From: Heptranchias perlo
Lineage: Eukaryota
Length of the DNA stretch: 64,000 nt
Reading direction: 5' to 3'
Assembly (NCBI RefSeq): GCF_035084215.1
Contig: NW_027138407.1
Location: forward strand, 1,364,001-1,428,000
This document shows, piece after piece, positions 36,568-50,459 of the stretch (position 1 is its first letter; every line of letters begins with the position of its first letter). The notes below the pieces were generated by a model. That model had not been told where the DNA came from and did not search any database. It worked only from the letters and a program-made list of their open reading frames with translations. The translations under genes were made by a program, and so were the position numbers.

Positions 36568-36974
36568 ATGGCTCCCATGTTAGTGCAGATATATTTGCTG
36601 TGCACGCGTTTCTTTTTGTTACCGGCTGAGTATTTTACTTCAGTGTATCCACTTCTTTTGGCTATTCAGAGGTCCAATTAATTAGGAAAGTTTGACACAG
36701 ACGGAAACGTTATTACAACATACAGAAGGAGAGACATTAAAATCTACTTTTTTCCACAAGCTACAGAATCGATGAGCTGGATTGGTACCGACAACATCCA
36801 CAGAAAGAGCCGAAGTATCTCCTGAAGAGACACATTAACGGTTACCAAAATAAATCACATAGTCTCGGAGAACGGTTCTATTCAGAGCAGAAAGCAACTG
36901 ACGGTTTTAACACCCTGACCACCTCTGCCTTGCAACTGGTTGATAGCGCTGTGTATTACTGTGCACTGGAACCT
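36568..36974 (+). pseudogene. TCR V pseudogene (family Y)
   Basis: Leader MAPMLVQIYLLCTRFFLLP with damaged donor; FR1 deletions/frameshifts; WYRQHPQK..YYCALEP retained; RSS CACAGTG 36975-36981 + 23 + ACAAAGACC. Confidence 0.85.
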
Positions 36975-38074
36975 CACAGTGACTCAAACTGCAGGCAGCC
37001 TCGCACAAAGACCGGATTCTTGTTTCTATCTGAACAGGGTGATCTTAAGATCCTGCTCCCGAAATACTGAGAGGTTTTCATTACCTGCTGGAACCTTTAT
37101 ATGACTATTTAGAAATATGATGTTAACCGCAATTCGGTTTTAAACAAGCCGTGTTATTGTTGTTTTATTTACAAAATATTACCATAGCTTTCCGCTCAAT
37201 TTTTTCTAATTACGTGAAAGATTCAATTTTATCCATGTGTTTTGTCCACAATTGATCAAAATAATTGCTGTTCGCATGACAAGGCCTCAGCCGTGGCTCA
37301 GTGGTATAACTCTCGCCTTTGAGTCGGAACGTCCTGGTTTCAAGCACGCCTCCAAAACCTTAAACACAGAATCTGGGCTGACACCCCCGGTGTCAATACT
37401 GAAGGAGTGCTACACGCTGCTACCGTCTTTCGGATGAGATGTTAAACCGAGCTCCCGTCTGCCCTCTCAGCTGGACGTAAAATATGCATCTGCCCCTATT
37501 GGAAGAAGAGCAGGGGAATTCTTCCTGGTACCCTGGCCAGTATGTATCCCGCAAGCAACAGATTATCTGGTCATTAGCACATTGCTGTTTGTGGGATCTT
37601 GCTGTGCGCAAACTGGCTGCGGCGGTTACAACAATAAATTCTATCTTTCCTGAGAAATATTTCATAGCACAGTGGACGATACGATGTGCTTCGTGTCCAA
37701 GAATATCAAAGGCAAAATGGTTACACGTTTAAGAATTGATCCTGGACCAGCGCGTTTTAATGAGATTATCAAAGTCCCAGTCCGCAAATGTGGCAAACCA
37801 TTTGAGAATAAAGTCCTATCATTTGAAATAGAATTGTAAAGGTTGCAGTGAGTGGGAGAGAAAAATATTCCGAAAATCTCAGTGAAAACTCCGACATAAC
37901 ACTTCAAAACCAATTTCACTTTGTACAATTAGAAGGACCATTCCGACCGGCGGACTTGCTGCTGGTGGATGTAATTTCCTACCAGTCAGTGCTCGGACTC
38001 ACACTGGGCACGGCGTGCTGTCTCCGCCGCCGTTCACCAGGCAGGAGAGGCTGTCGCTTTATTTGGTCACTGTG

Positions 38075-38712
38075 AGGCCGACTGCCCAGTAACACATGGC
38101 AGAATTCGACGGCAGCAGCAGGGAGATGGTTAATCTGCGGGAAGTATTGATTTTAGTCGGAAGTACAGAAGCGTCAGCGAAACCTATTTGATCTTCCTGA
38201 TCAAATCCCAAGTATCCTGGAATTGGTGTTTGTCTGGGATTTCCGGAACTATAATCATAATAGTAATAATAGTAATAACAGTAATAATAGTAATAATAAT
38301 TAATAATAGTAGCAATAATAGCAATACTAATAATGATAATAGTAATAATAGTGATAATTATGATAATAGTAATAATAATGATAATAGTAATAATAATTAA
38401 TATTGTTTGCAATAAGAGCAATAATAATTATATTAGTAATAATAATTAAAGTGGTAGCAATAATTGCAATAATAATGATAACAGTAGTAATCGTAATAAT
38501 AGTAGTAATAACAATGATAATAACAATAAGAGTAACAAAATTAGTCATAATAATGATAATAGAATTAATAATAATAATAGTAATAGTAATAAACCAATAG
38601 CCACTGTTGGTATTGGGGTAGGTACCGGTTACAGTCAAAGCTTCTTCTTTCATTTTAGTTGCTGGAGGCAGAGGTTCAGTAAAATAACGGCACCCACTGA
38701 AACTGAGAATAC
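38075..38712 (-). pseudogene. Degenerate V pseudogene interrupted by a (TAA)n microsatellite
   Basis: 5' part ..KEEALTVTGTYPNTNSGYW; 3' part ..RLTISLLLPSNSAMCYWAVGL + CACAGTG (38068-38074); nonamer lost. Confidence 0.65.
38249..38592. repeat. Degenerate (TAA/TAG)n microsatellite
   Basis: About 340 bp of aat/agt/gat trinucleotides. Confidence 0.95.
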
Positions 38713-40155
38713 CTGTAAATAGTTACCTCTGACATAGAAATTGCAGCACAAAAGCAGGCCATTCGGCCCAACTGGTCTATGCCAATCTTCCGATATATAA
38801 TACTATATGTTGGAAATATATCTGTAATGATCTATGCCGGTGTTTATGCTCCACACGAGCATCCTCCCACCCTACTTCATCTCTCTCTATCAGCACCCCC
38901 TTCTATCCTTTCTGCGTCATGTACCATTAATATATTTTTAGGGTATGATGAATAGAAATAGACCGCAAGTTATAGAGAAATACCGAGAGTTGTGGAGAGA
39001 ATTAGATACGTTTTTATAGAAAGATTTAGAAAGCTAGATTTTTATAGAGAGCGCGATTTAGTGTAATTTAGGGATGGAAAGAGTTGGAGAGAAAGAGTGA
39101 GCGAGAATTAGGGAGAGATTTAGAAGGAGGCACTCGGCGATTAATTTTAGTTTGAGAAATTGCTCAGCTATATGAAGGAAGCAGGAATTTCAACGAACCG
39201 CCAGGACCTGAAGTAATGTCCACGGTCTGGAATACAAAGCTTCTGTTCAAACAGCGAATAAGGGGATTTCACACGAACCGTTAAAGATTCGAATCTTGGT
39301 ATCCCACGGGAGGTGGGGGGCGGTGACTGAAGATTCATGTCCCCGAACGGTTTCCTCTTTAAATGAAAGTAAGCTTATTTTCCGTCAGAATGAACAGAAA
39401 GAGATAAATTAAACCGTCGCTTCCTGCTTGCCAATGAAATGTAAAACCCAAACTGTATGTCGTGAAACAGCTTATGTCGACTTCACAAATCTCAAGTCCA
39501 AAGGGAGCAGCGAGGTACACGTGCCAACGGCGCCCTCTGGCGGATATGATGGGAGATTTTACACAATTTGGAGACTGGAAGAATACAAGCAGTAAGTGTA
39601 TTTATGGGCCACTTTCCAGTGGCAAATGAGGGGGAGGTGTATTGCGGTGATACTAATTGCGAATTCCGAGCCTTGTACACCAACACTTACATAAAAATTA
39701 ATCAGATCGATTAATTGGACCGTGGAAATTCGCAGCTTCTGCTCGCAGATTTGACCCTTTCTGATCGGCACAATAAGCAACAACAACGCACAACCCGCAT
39801 TCACAGCAACTGACTTTAATTTCCTTTCAGTTCAACAGGTGCCGGATGCCCCCTATCGTTGTGCGCAGTATGTTTTTTGCTCCCGCATTTTCCAGTTTCC
39901 AGTGATCCCTTTTTCTGTGTAACAGCACTGAGGGAATCTGAATACAAACCTCCGCGCCCCTGCTCAGGGAAAGCAAGTGACCGATTCTCAGGCAGGCCGC
40001 TGTCGAGCTCTCTGTCAGTCATCAGCTGGTTACCTCTATCCAGCTATATATATTATATATTAATTGCGAATAAATGTAGATGTGTATTAGAATGAGTAGC
40101 ATACGTACCAGCTGTCAGTCTTGGCTCAGTTGATATCACTCTCCCTTCTGAGTCA

Positions 40156-41760
40156 TAGGAACAGGAGTAGGCCATTCAGCCCCTCGTGCCTACTCCGCCA
40201 TTTGATAAGATCATGGCTGATCTGTGATCTAATTCCATATACCTGCCTTTGGCCCATATCCCTTAATACCTTTGGTTGCCAAAAAGCTATCGATCTCACA
40301 TTTAAATTTAGGAATTGAGCTAGTATCAATTGCCGTTTGCGGAAGAGAGTTCCAAACTTCTACAATCCTTTGTGTGTAGAAATGTTTTCTAATCTCGCTC
40401 CTGAAAGGTCTGGCTCTAATTTTTAGACTATGCCCCCTACTCCTAGAATCCCCAACCAGCGGAAATAGTTTCTCTCTATCCACCCTATCTGTTCCCCTTA
40501 ATATCTGATAAACTTCGATCAGATCACCCCTTAACCTTCGAAACTCGAGAGAATACAACCCAATTTGTGTAATCTCTCCTCGTAACTCAACCCTTGAAGT
40601 CCGGGTATCATTCTAGTAAACCTACGCTGCACTCCCTCCAAGGCCAATATGTCCTTCCGAAGGTGCGGTGCCCAGAACTGCTCACAGTACTCCGGGTGCG
40701 GTCTAACCAGCATAACTTCTGCCCCCTTGTACTCTAGTCCTCTCGATATAAAGGCCAGCATTCCATTAGCCTTATTGATTATTTTCTGCACCTGTTCATG
40801 ACACTTCAATGATCTATGTACCTGAACCCTTAAGTCCCTTTGGACATCCACTGTTTTTAACTTTTTGATCCAAAGTGGATGACCTCACATTTGTTTACAT
40901 TGAATTCCATTTGCCACAGTTTTGCCCATTCACCTAATCTATCACTATCCCTTTTTAATTTTATGTTTTCATCTACACTGCTTACAATGCCACCAATCTT
41001 TGTGTCATCGGCAAATTTAGATATGAGACTTTCTATGCCTTCATCTAAGTCGTGAATAAATATTGTGAATAATTAAGGCCCCAAGACAGATCCCTGCGGG
41101 ACTCCACTAGTCACATCCTGCCAATGTGAGTACCTTCCCATTATCCCTACTCTCTGTCGCTCAGCCAACTTCCTAAGCAAGTCCGTACTTTTCCCTTGAT
41201 TCCATCGGCTTCTATCTTAGCTAACAGTCTCTTACGTGGGACCTTATCAAATGCTTTCTGGAAGTCCATATAAATAACATCCATTGACATTCCCCTGTCC
41301 ACTACTTTAGTCACCTCTTCAAAAAATTCAATCAGGTTTGTCAGGCACGACCTACCTTTCACAAATCTATGCTGGCTCTCTCTGATTAACTGAAAATTCT
41401 CGAGGTGTTCAGTCACCCTATCCTTAACTACAGACTCCAGCATTTTCCCCACAACAGATGTTAGGCTAACTGGTCTATAATTCCCCGGTTTCCCTCTCTC
41501 TCCTTTCTTAAAAAGAGGAGTAGCATGTGCAATTTTCCAATCTAGAGGGACAGTTCCTGATTCTAGAGAACTTTGAAAGATTATAGTTCGGGCATCCGCA
41601 ATGTGCTCACCTACTTCCTTTAAAGTCCTGGGATGGAAACCATCTCGTCCTGGGGATTTGTCACTGTTTAGTGCTATTATTTTCTTCATTACTGTTGCTT
41701 TATTTATGTTAATTATATCGAGTCCCTGTCCCCGATTCAATATAAGTTTTCTTGGGATTT
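40156..41760 (-). mobile_element. 5'-truncated CR1-clade LINE (RT fragments) inserted into a SINE
   Basis: ORFs 41147-41779 (PLFKKG..NYRPVSLTSVVGK..SCLTNL..DFQKAFDKVP), 40531-40851 and 40229-40558; the flanking SINE halves are contiguous in the paralogous copy at 49760-49860. Confidence 0.92.
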
Positions 41761-42388
41761 CCAGAGACTTGAGCCCCATAAATCAGGCTGACACGCCAGT
41801 GCAGTTCTGAGGGAGTGCTGAACTGTCGGAGATACCGTTTTTCGGATAAAGCTTAAAATCGAGGCACCGACTGCCCTCTCATTCGGACGATAAGGAAATA
41901 GCCCATGGCCACTATTTTGAAGAAGAGCAGGGGAGTTATCCCCGGTGTCTTGGCCGACATTTATCGCTCAAATAGATTATCTAGTCATTATCACCTTGCT
42001 GTTTGTGAGACCCTGCGTTTGCTAAATTACAACAGCGAGTACAATTCAAAAGTACTTAATTGCCTTTCAAGAGCTTTAGGACGTCCTGGGGGTCATGAAA
42101 GGCGCTATATAAATGCAAGTTCTTTCTTTCTTTCTCTTTTTCTTTCATTCTTTCTCTCTTTTCTTTCTTAGTTCTCTCTTTCGTTCTTGTATCTGAATTT
42201 ATATATATATATATATATATTATGAGTAAAGGTAAATATGTACTAGAAATAACAGCACAATGTACATCCACAAACGCAAGAATCAGCTCAGACTCGCCGC
42301 TCATCACAATGATCCCCTAAAGCGCCGATATGTTGAGCGACGCTCTGACAGTTTTTGTACAGGTTCAGCCCAGCTCCGTGTCTCTGTG

Positions 42389-43040
42389 GGGCTCAGTGCG
42401 CAGTAATACACCGCGGTGTCTGTCAGTTGTGTTTCGGATACATTCAGTGGAAATGTTCTCTTCACTTTATCAACCTCCGCCGAGAAACGTCGCTCTGCAA
42501 ATTTTGCTTTGTTAACTCCACTGAACGTGTTAGTCCACAGTACATACTCTATAGATCCGTTGGGATACTGACGGTACCAGAATAGATTAGGATTGCCGGT
42601 GGTTGTATAATTACAGAGCAACTGAACATCACCTCCTTCGCTTACTGTCGTTGTAGTTGCTGTCTGTGAAACAGAGTCTCCTCGGCAATGTCCTGAAAGA
42701 GGACAGAGCGATATTAAATTAAATAATTTCACTTCACTGTGTCTGCTCCCCGGAATCAGCCCTCCCTCTTATTTGATTGTAATTTGAACGCCACCCTTCC
42801 ACTTTTACTTCATGGGGGAAGTTTGTCGAGTTTCTCCAAACAGTGTTTAATGTGAGTGAAGATGGATCCGCATGGTATTCCTAATTTCGGATCAATCTAA
42901 TGATATACTTGTGTTCAGGGAAATGATCGATTAAATATAATGTATGAGAAAGATGTGAAACATAGTTTTGCTTTACTTGTGAACTTACCAGTTAAGAGAG
43001 CGACGGCTGCGACGAATAAATAAAAGGTAACACCCAACAT
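42389..43040 (-). CDS. TCR V-alpha/delta segment (family Z), apparently functional
   Basis: Leader 43040-42989 MLGVTFYLFVAAVALLT|gt; V exon 42692-42389 (DSVSQ..LLCNY..WYRQ..YYCALS); RSS CACAGAG 42382-42388 + 23 + ACAAAAACT. Confidence 0.93.
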
Positions 43041-43863
43041 GTTTGCAAAGAGTTGATGGTGGATTTGAACAGAAAAGGTTGAACCTGGAATTATTTTAGT
43101 CAAGAGTAGGGAAGATGTTGAGTTATATCCGGGCTCTCTGCCGATTGGTTCATCCCGGACAGAGTCAGCAAGTGACATCCAATCAGCTCACGGGTCCTTT
43201 GTTCTCCATTTCATCCAATTAGCTCACAGGTCCTTTTTCTCCAATTGATCCAATCAGCTCACAGTCCCTTTGTTCTCCAATTCATGACGTTAGAGAGGAG
43301 AGCCGAGAACGGAGCGAACTTGTCCTCGTCACAACAGAGAACTGGACGGGGATTAAACCCAATGTCGGCCCGTTAACAGGGTCAGTCTGTAAGGTGGTGG
43401 AAGTGAAGGGAAATATTTAATGATGTTCTGATACCAGTGCCGGAAGCTGCTCACTGACAATTAGAACTACCCACAGCCGATAGAAAGCGAGATATGGACG
43501 GCAGTGCGCCCTGAGTGATTTGAACTCAGTAAATTCGGTAAATTCATCAAACGCCACCTTTTATATGAGTGAAATGGGGAGTGACTGACAGGTCTGAGCA
43601 GCTTGGGAGGGTGCGAACAGCCGATGGGCTCAGTGATGAGGAGCGAGTTGCTTATTTAAAATACTTACAACATGTTGACCTTAATAATTACCATAATTCA
43701 CAATTAAGTTCGTAATCGCACATTGAGAACACAAACTTTCTTTTGAAATTAATGCCTGCATCTCTAAATATGTTTATTTAATGCTTTTATTAAATAAATG
43801 GATTAATAGTCTCAGTGTGCAACACGCGCCGACACAAAGATCGAGAGAGAATCCATACTCTTA

Positions 43864-43877
43864 CTGCCCTCTGCTGG
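43864..43877 (-). promoter_or_regulatory. CTCF-like motif
   Basis: CCAGCAGAGGGCAG on the minus strand, upstream of V 43040. Confidence 0.6.
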
Positions 43878-45867
43878 CGACTACATGTAAAAGTTTATCA
43901 AATATATTAAGAGAAAGTGGTTGGCGAAGGGTAATGTGGGCCGCTCAAGGACAGATGCAGGTGAACTTCGAATTGAAAATAAGGAAACGGCAGACTTGAA
44001 AAATAATTATTTTGAATCGGTCTTCACAGTAGAGGAAGAGGATAAGGTACAAGAGGTACGAGGAAAAATGAAAATAAACCTTCGGGAGGAAATTACTCGA
44101 TAAGTAAAAAAATGGGAGTGGGGAAAATTAACGTGCAATTCCTTTTTATCTCATGATCGCTGTTCCCTTATAGTTTAACAATTTCACTAGTTAGTAATGT
44201 TCAGCGCTAGAGGCTTATATCTCTACCCCTCGCCCATCTGTGATATATTTGCAGTCGCTTCTTTTCACTTATCACTGTAAAATGCTTTGAAACCTTCTAG
44301 TTCCGTGATATACAAAGAGACAGGACGGATAGTGAATTACAGTGAAGTATTTCAGGATTTGGAAAAGAATAATGAGACTAGAGAAACGCTTATTTTGAGA
44401 ATATATTGTTGCCTGATGGTGATTGGGGGTATGGGGGAGGGGTCGGTTGGTGGTAGCGGAGGAGCTAAGGAACATGTTTCTTTTGAGTTTAGAGACAGCA
44501 CCAAAGATCATTCAGTGGCAGGAGGGGAAAAAATGAGGTGGAGCTCTGTGGAATAGTGAAGATGTAGCGGGGTGTAATTTCCGCGTGATTTCCGTTGACG
44601 TAACGACGGAGACCGGAAAGTCAGACGTTAATCGTCACACTCAGGGCACGTGACGGTCTTATTGTTTTCTTTCACCTTAATAAGTGTAGAAACACGACTC
44701 ACGGTTCGGCTCGATCTTTGTTCAACTCCTGGCTGTACTCGGGCTGCCAGAGCGGAACGGAGCAGATTCCGCTTGAGCCTGCGGATGTGCTGTGTAATGG
44801 ACTTTTATGCTCTGTGGAAAATTTTAAGGCGCACAAACACGGGATTTAACCAGACCCAGGAGGGAGCTTCCAACAACCGTCCAACGGCTGTAAGTGGAAT
44901 GGTCGGGAAAGGAACAAGTCTGCAATGCACCAGTAATGTACAACTTCTCAACATGGATGATAATAATACTACTACAAATAATGATAATGTTAAAAAGAAC
45001 AGAAAGGCTTGCATGTATATATGCATTTAACGTCCGCTGGACCTCATAAAGAGCTTTACAGCGATTAAGTACTTTTTGAAGTGTACTCACTGCTATAATA
45101 TAGGAAACACAGCAGCCAATTTTGCACAGCAAGACCCCGCAAACTGCAATATGATAATAACCAAATAATCTGCTTTTAGTGAAGTTGGTTGAGGGATAAA
45201 TGTTAGGCCCAGGACGGCATGGAGAACTCCCTTGCTTTTCTTCGGATCAGTGGCCCTGGAATCTTTTACATCCACCTGAGAAAGCGGACGGGGCTCACTG
45301 AGCTCAGCTGCTGTTCGCACTCTCCCATTCTGCTCACACCTGCCAGTCACTGCCAATTTCATTCATATAGAAGTAGCGTAAGTCTAATTTACCACATCGT
45401 TGATTTCAAAACCCACTGGACCCGCTGGTTGCCTATATTGCCCCTTTTATCAGCTCGGAGTAGTTCGAATGGTCAGTGGGCAGTTCTTTTAATGGAAGCC
45501 TACGGCACTGATACCAGAACAACATTAATTATTACCCTTCAATAACCCCACCTTACAGACTGACGCTGTTAACGGGCCAACATCGGGTTTAACACCCGTC
45601 CAGTTCTCTGTTGTAAAGACAACAAGTTCGCTCCGTTTTCCGCTCCCCCTCTGACGTCATGAATTGGAGAACAAAGGGACTGTGAGCTGATTGGATGAAT
45701 TGGAGAGCAAAGGACCCGTCAACTGAATAGATATCACCTGCTGACTCTGTCCCGGATGAACCATCTTCACGGAGCTCGGATGTGACTCGACATCTTCCCA
45801 ACTCTTGACTAAAATAATTCCAGGTTCAACCCGTTCTGTTCAAATCCGCCATCAACTCTCTGCAAAG

Positions 45868-46386
45868 ATGTTGGGTGTTATTTTTTACTTATTCGTTACA
45901 GCTGCAGCTCTCTTAACTGGTAAGTTCACAAGTTACACAATCTTCGTTTTGTAGACGTCATTGACGTAGATAATTTTCATTTTACAATTGTTCATCTCTA
46001 TTTACAATGCATTCCGTCATGTTTATGAAATTAGTTGTAATAAATTGATGATAAAAGCTGTATTTCTAAACTTCTGCAGGTGTTCGTTGTGCAGACTCGG
46101 TCTCACAGCGGCCGGTTGCAGCGATGCAGTTTGAAGGAGACGCTGTGACAATTAATTACAGCTATTCGACCACTGCAACGTCCTATTCCTTACAACTGTA
46201 CCGTCAGGACCGGGACAAAGGCCTCACATTCCTGATCTATAGCCCATTCTACGGGGATGTTGTCAGAGCAGTTGGCGTGGGGGCTCGATTTTCCGCATCT
46301 CTCGACACTTCGAAAAGCGAGGGGAACTTCACAATCCGCGGCCTGCGGCTTGCTGACAGCGCAGTGTATTACTGCGGGCTGGGAGA
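45868..46386 (+). CDS. TCR V-alpha/delta segment (family X); open frame but Cys23->Tyr and Trp41->Leu
   Basis: Leader 45868-45919, V exon 46080-46386 (TINYSYS..LQLYRQ..YYCGLG); RSS CACAGTA 46387-46393 + 23 + ACAAAAACA. Confidence 0.88.
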
Positions 46387-47935
46387 CACAGTAACAGGAA
46401 ATAGAGTGAACCTCGTACAAAAACAACGCAGAATGTGACATTGTCGACGGGATGGAGGCAATGTGGGGAAAAACAGGGACCTGTTAGTGTTTATCACAGG
46501 AGAGTGTTGGTGTTAAATCAGGCAAACCAACAATAATATTAACAACAATGCAGCACAGGAATGTTAATGCTTATTATTAATAACAATAAACGTGCTGTTA
46601 ATTTCATAATAAGACGTCCGATGGGACGGTCCCTACAATCTCCGTTCATTTAACGATGACCTTAAATTTCAACCTTAGTGAAAAAAATATCAAACCAATT
46701 CTCATTCTGTATATCAGAACTGTCGCCTGTGTCGGCAGGGAATGAACTGAACGGAAGGGGCACATTCAGTAACGATTTAAGGAACCATAGAGGCCTCAAA
46801 AACCTTCACACCAATGAAGACTCCGCTGAACATTGATCCATTAGACTCCCGGCCACAAACAGGTTGCTCAAACTCAGAGAAGTTTGTCCACGATAGAGCA
46901 TTAGTCAATCGTCTGAAGTCGGAGATTGGCAGAGAGTCAGTACCCAGTAAGCGACAGGAAAGCCATCCTGGAAACTGCACAGACTGAACCACCGACAACT
47001 GAGGGTCTTTAGGACAAGTTCTCAGGATGGTGTGAAACCTTGAATAGCACAAAGTAAGCGTTACATCCGGGGCGGAGCCTCTGTCTTACAAAGCGGCGGG
47101 ACTTTCTGTACAAGGGTTTAACTTGTGAGTCTCAGGGCACAGTAATCGATCAGCTGTAGTCCCGAGATTGTTAAACTGGTGAATTTAGTCGAGGTTTAGA
47201 GTGCTGCAGAGAATTGGTTTTTAGCAAAATCTGTTTATCTTCAGAACCGCTGGCGTATTTCATCAGAATAATCACGGGCTGCGTGCTTGGGTGTTGCCGG
47301 TACCAGTATAAATAATAGCCACTCCGTGTAGTATCACAAGTACAGTTTCAAGTCACCGCTTCTCCTTCTGTCTTGATTGATGAGGACAGCGGCTGAGTGA
47401 CAGAACCTCCATGACTCAGATCAGTAAACATATTCAAACAGGAAAAGATGAGATCGGCGAGCGTTTAAAATTTAGATATAAATCATGTTTGGAAATTAGA
47501 GAAAATATGACGTGTGTTTGGTCCACAATTGCCTGTCAAAAATGCCCCCCATGCAACCCAGATGCTGAAAGGCGTGAATGTCCGCTCTGTGAAGGGGAGA
47601 TGGATGTTTGAAGCCACCCATTCTAATCCCCACCCTAAATAATCTGCTGTCCTGTCGCAGGATGCTCTCACTTCATTTCCTTCTATCACCAGTGGTGCTG
47701 TGAGACCGGTAGGTGGTGAGCTGGTTGCCAGTAACTGGACATACCCCGAGCTGGGCAACAATGAGTGTCTTTTTAGGGTGAATGTTTCCGCTTTTAGATG
47801 TGTAAAGGGCTCCTCAATATTGCAGTCAGGCACGGAAAGGGCATCAAAAGACAGAAGGGCAGTAAATGCGCCACAGGTGGCTATGTGAAGTTCAATTTTT
47901 ATTATAAATGCACGTGGTAATCATAAACTATTATA

Positions 47936-48415
47936 NNNNNNNNNNNNNNNNNNNNNNNNNNNNNNNNNNNNNNNNNNNNNNNNNNNNNNNNNNNNNNNNN
48001 NNNNNNNNNNNNNNNNNNNNNNNNNNNNNNNNNNNNNNNNNNNNNNNNNNNNNNNNNNNNNNNNNNNNNNNNNNNNNNNNNNNNNNNNNNNNNNNNNNNN
48101 NNNNNNNNNNNNNNNNNNNNNNNNNNNNNNNNNNNNNNNNNNNNNNNNNNNNNNNNNNNNNNNNNNNNNNNNNNNNNNNNNNNNNNNNNNNNNNNNNNNN
48201 NNNNNNNNNNNNNNNNNNNNNNNNNNNNNNNNNNNNNNNNNNNNNNNNNNNNNNNNNNNNNNNNNNNNNNNNNNNNNNNNNNNNNNNNNNNNNNNNNNNN
48301 NNNNNNNNNNNNNNNNNNNNNNNNNNNNNNNNNNNNNNNNNNNNNNNNNNNNNNNNNNNNNNNNNNNNNNNNNNNNNNNNNNNNNNNNNNNNNNNNNNNN
48401 NNNNNNNNNNNNNNN
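47936..48415. other. Assembly gap
   Basis: Run of 480 N. Confidence 1.
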
Positions 48416-50459
48416 TCACCATCACCATCACCTTCACCATTAAACAAGAAGAACGAATGAGGGGGAGACTAATAGAGATCGAAAAAGAGCAACAAAGATA
48501 GAATGCGGAGGAGAGAAACAATAAGTACGAAAATGGAAACAGCGTTAGAAACATATGATTCTGTTCAACGTTTAAGGAGTGAGAATGGGTGAGAACAGGA
48601 GGGAGTAAAAGAGATAAACAGAGAGAAGGAATGAAAGTAAAACAGAGAGAGAGAAAGGAGAGAAAGAGTGAGTGAAAGACGATTACATTACTGTCTGTCT
48701 ATGAGTCAGTCCTTCATTCCATATATTAATATTTAAGATTTTTTTTCCCGAACTGTAGCTATACAAAACCACAAGGAGTGGATCAGGCGAATAGCACAGA
48801 TACTTTTAAGGGGAAGCTGGAGAAACACATGAGGGAGAAATTAGTAGAAGAATAAGTTGATAGGGTGAGATGATGGCGGTGAGAGGGGGCTTGTGTGGAG
48901 CTAAACACCGGCATCGACCAGTTGGGCGTGAATGGCCTGTTTCTGCTTTAAGATTTTCAGTATTGGGAAACAAACCATGATCGTGCGAGAGAGAGATTTT
49001 TACAACGATTAGCAACCAAACCAGAGGGATTAGAAAACACTTTGCTAAACCCCAAAAAAACAGATACAGAGTCAAGCATGTTTGAAATATTGATGCATTA
49101 ACACAAATCAGGAAGAACATAGAACCGAGACCTGAGGGAGCAACGAGATACATGTGCCCACGGCGCCCTCTGGCGGACATGATGGGAAATTTTGCACCAT
49201 TTGTATACTGGAAGAGTACAAGCAGTAAGTGTATTTAAGGGCACTTTCCAGTGCCGATTGATGGGGAAATGTATTGCCGTGATGCGAATTGCGAATGGCG
49301 AGCCTTGTACACCAACATATATAAAAAAATTAATCAGATGGATTAATTGGACCTTGGAAATTTAAAGCTTCCGCTCGCAGATTTGACCCTTTCTGATCTG
49401 TACAATAAACAACAACAACGCACAACCCGCATTCGCAGCAACTGACTTTAATTTCCTTTCAGTTCAACAGGTGCCAGATGCCCCCGGTCTTTATGCGCAG
49501 GCTGCAAACTGTCAGTTTGTTTTTTTTTGCTCTCGCATTTTCCAGTTTCCAGTGATCCCTTTTCTGTGTAACAGCACTGAGGTAACCCGAATAAAAACCT
49601 GCGCCCAACTTAGGGAGAACAAGTGACCGATGCTCAGACGGGCCACTGCCCATCTGTCTGTCAGTCATCAGCTGGTTACCTCTGTACAGGTATATGTATT
49701 CTATATTAATTATGAATCAATGTACAAGTGCATTATAATGAACAATACAAGTATTGGTATCAGCCTTCTCTCAGTTTGTAGCAATCTCCCGTGTGAGTCA
49801 GAAGTTCATGGGTTCAAGTCTCACTCCAGAGACTTGAGCACCATAATTGAGGGTGACACGCCAGTGCAGTTCTGAGGGAGTGCTGAACTGTCGGAGCTGC
49901 CGTTTTTCGGATCAAACATAAAATCGAGGCACCGTCTGCCATCTCAGGCGGACGATAAAGAAATATCCCACGGCCACTATTTTGAAGAAGAGCAAGGGAG
50001 TTCTCCCCGGTGTCTTGGGCCAATATTTATTATCACTCAGATAGATAATCTAGTCAGTATCACATTGCTGTTTGTGGGATCTTGCTGTGTGCAAATTAGC
50101 TGTCGCGTTTCTTACAATACAAAAGTGAGTACAATTCAGAACTACTTAATTGCCTGTTAAGAGCTTTGGGACTCCTGAGGGCATGAAAGGCGCAACATAA
50201 ATGCAAGTTCTTTCGTTCTTTCTTTTTCTTTCTTACTTTCTCTCTTTCTTTTTTTCATTCAAGTCTCTCAATTTTATACATACACACGATATATTTATTA
50301 TGAGTGGAGGTAAACATGTAGTAGAAATCACAGTACAACCACAAACGCAAGGATCAGCTCAGTCTCGCCCCTCACCACATTGTTCCAATAAAGTGCCGAT
50401 ATGTTGAGCGACGCTCTGACATTTTTTGTACAGGTTCAGCCCAGCTCCGTGTCTCTGTG

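Noticed and set aside
47902-48554. Long ORFs of X residues
   Set aside because: Artefact of the N gap.
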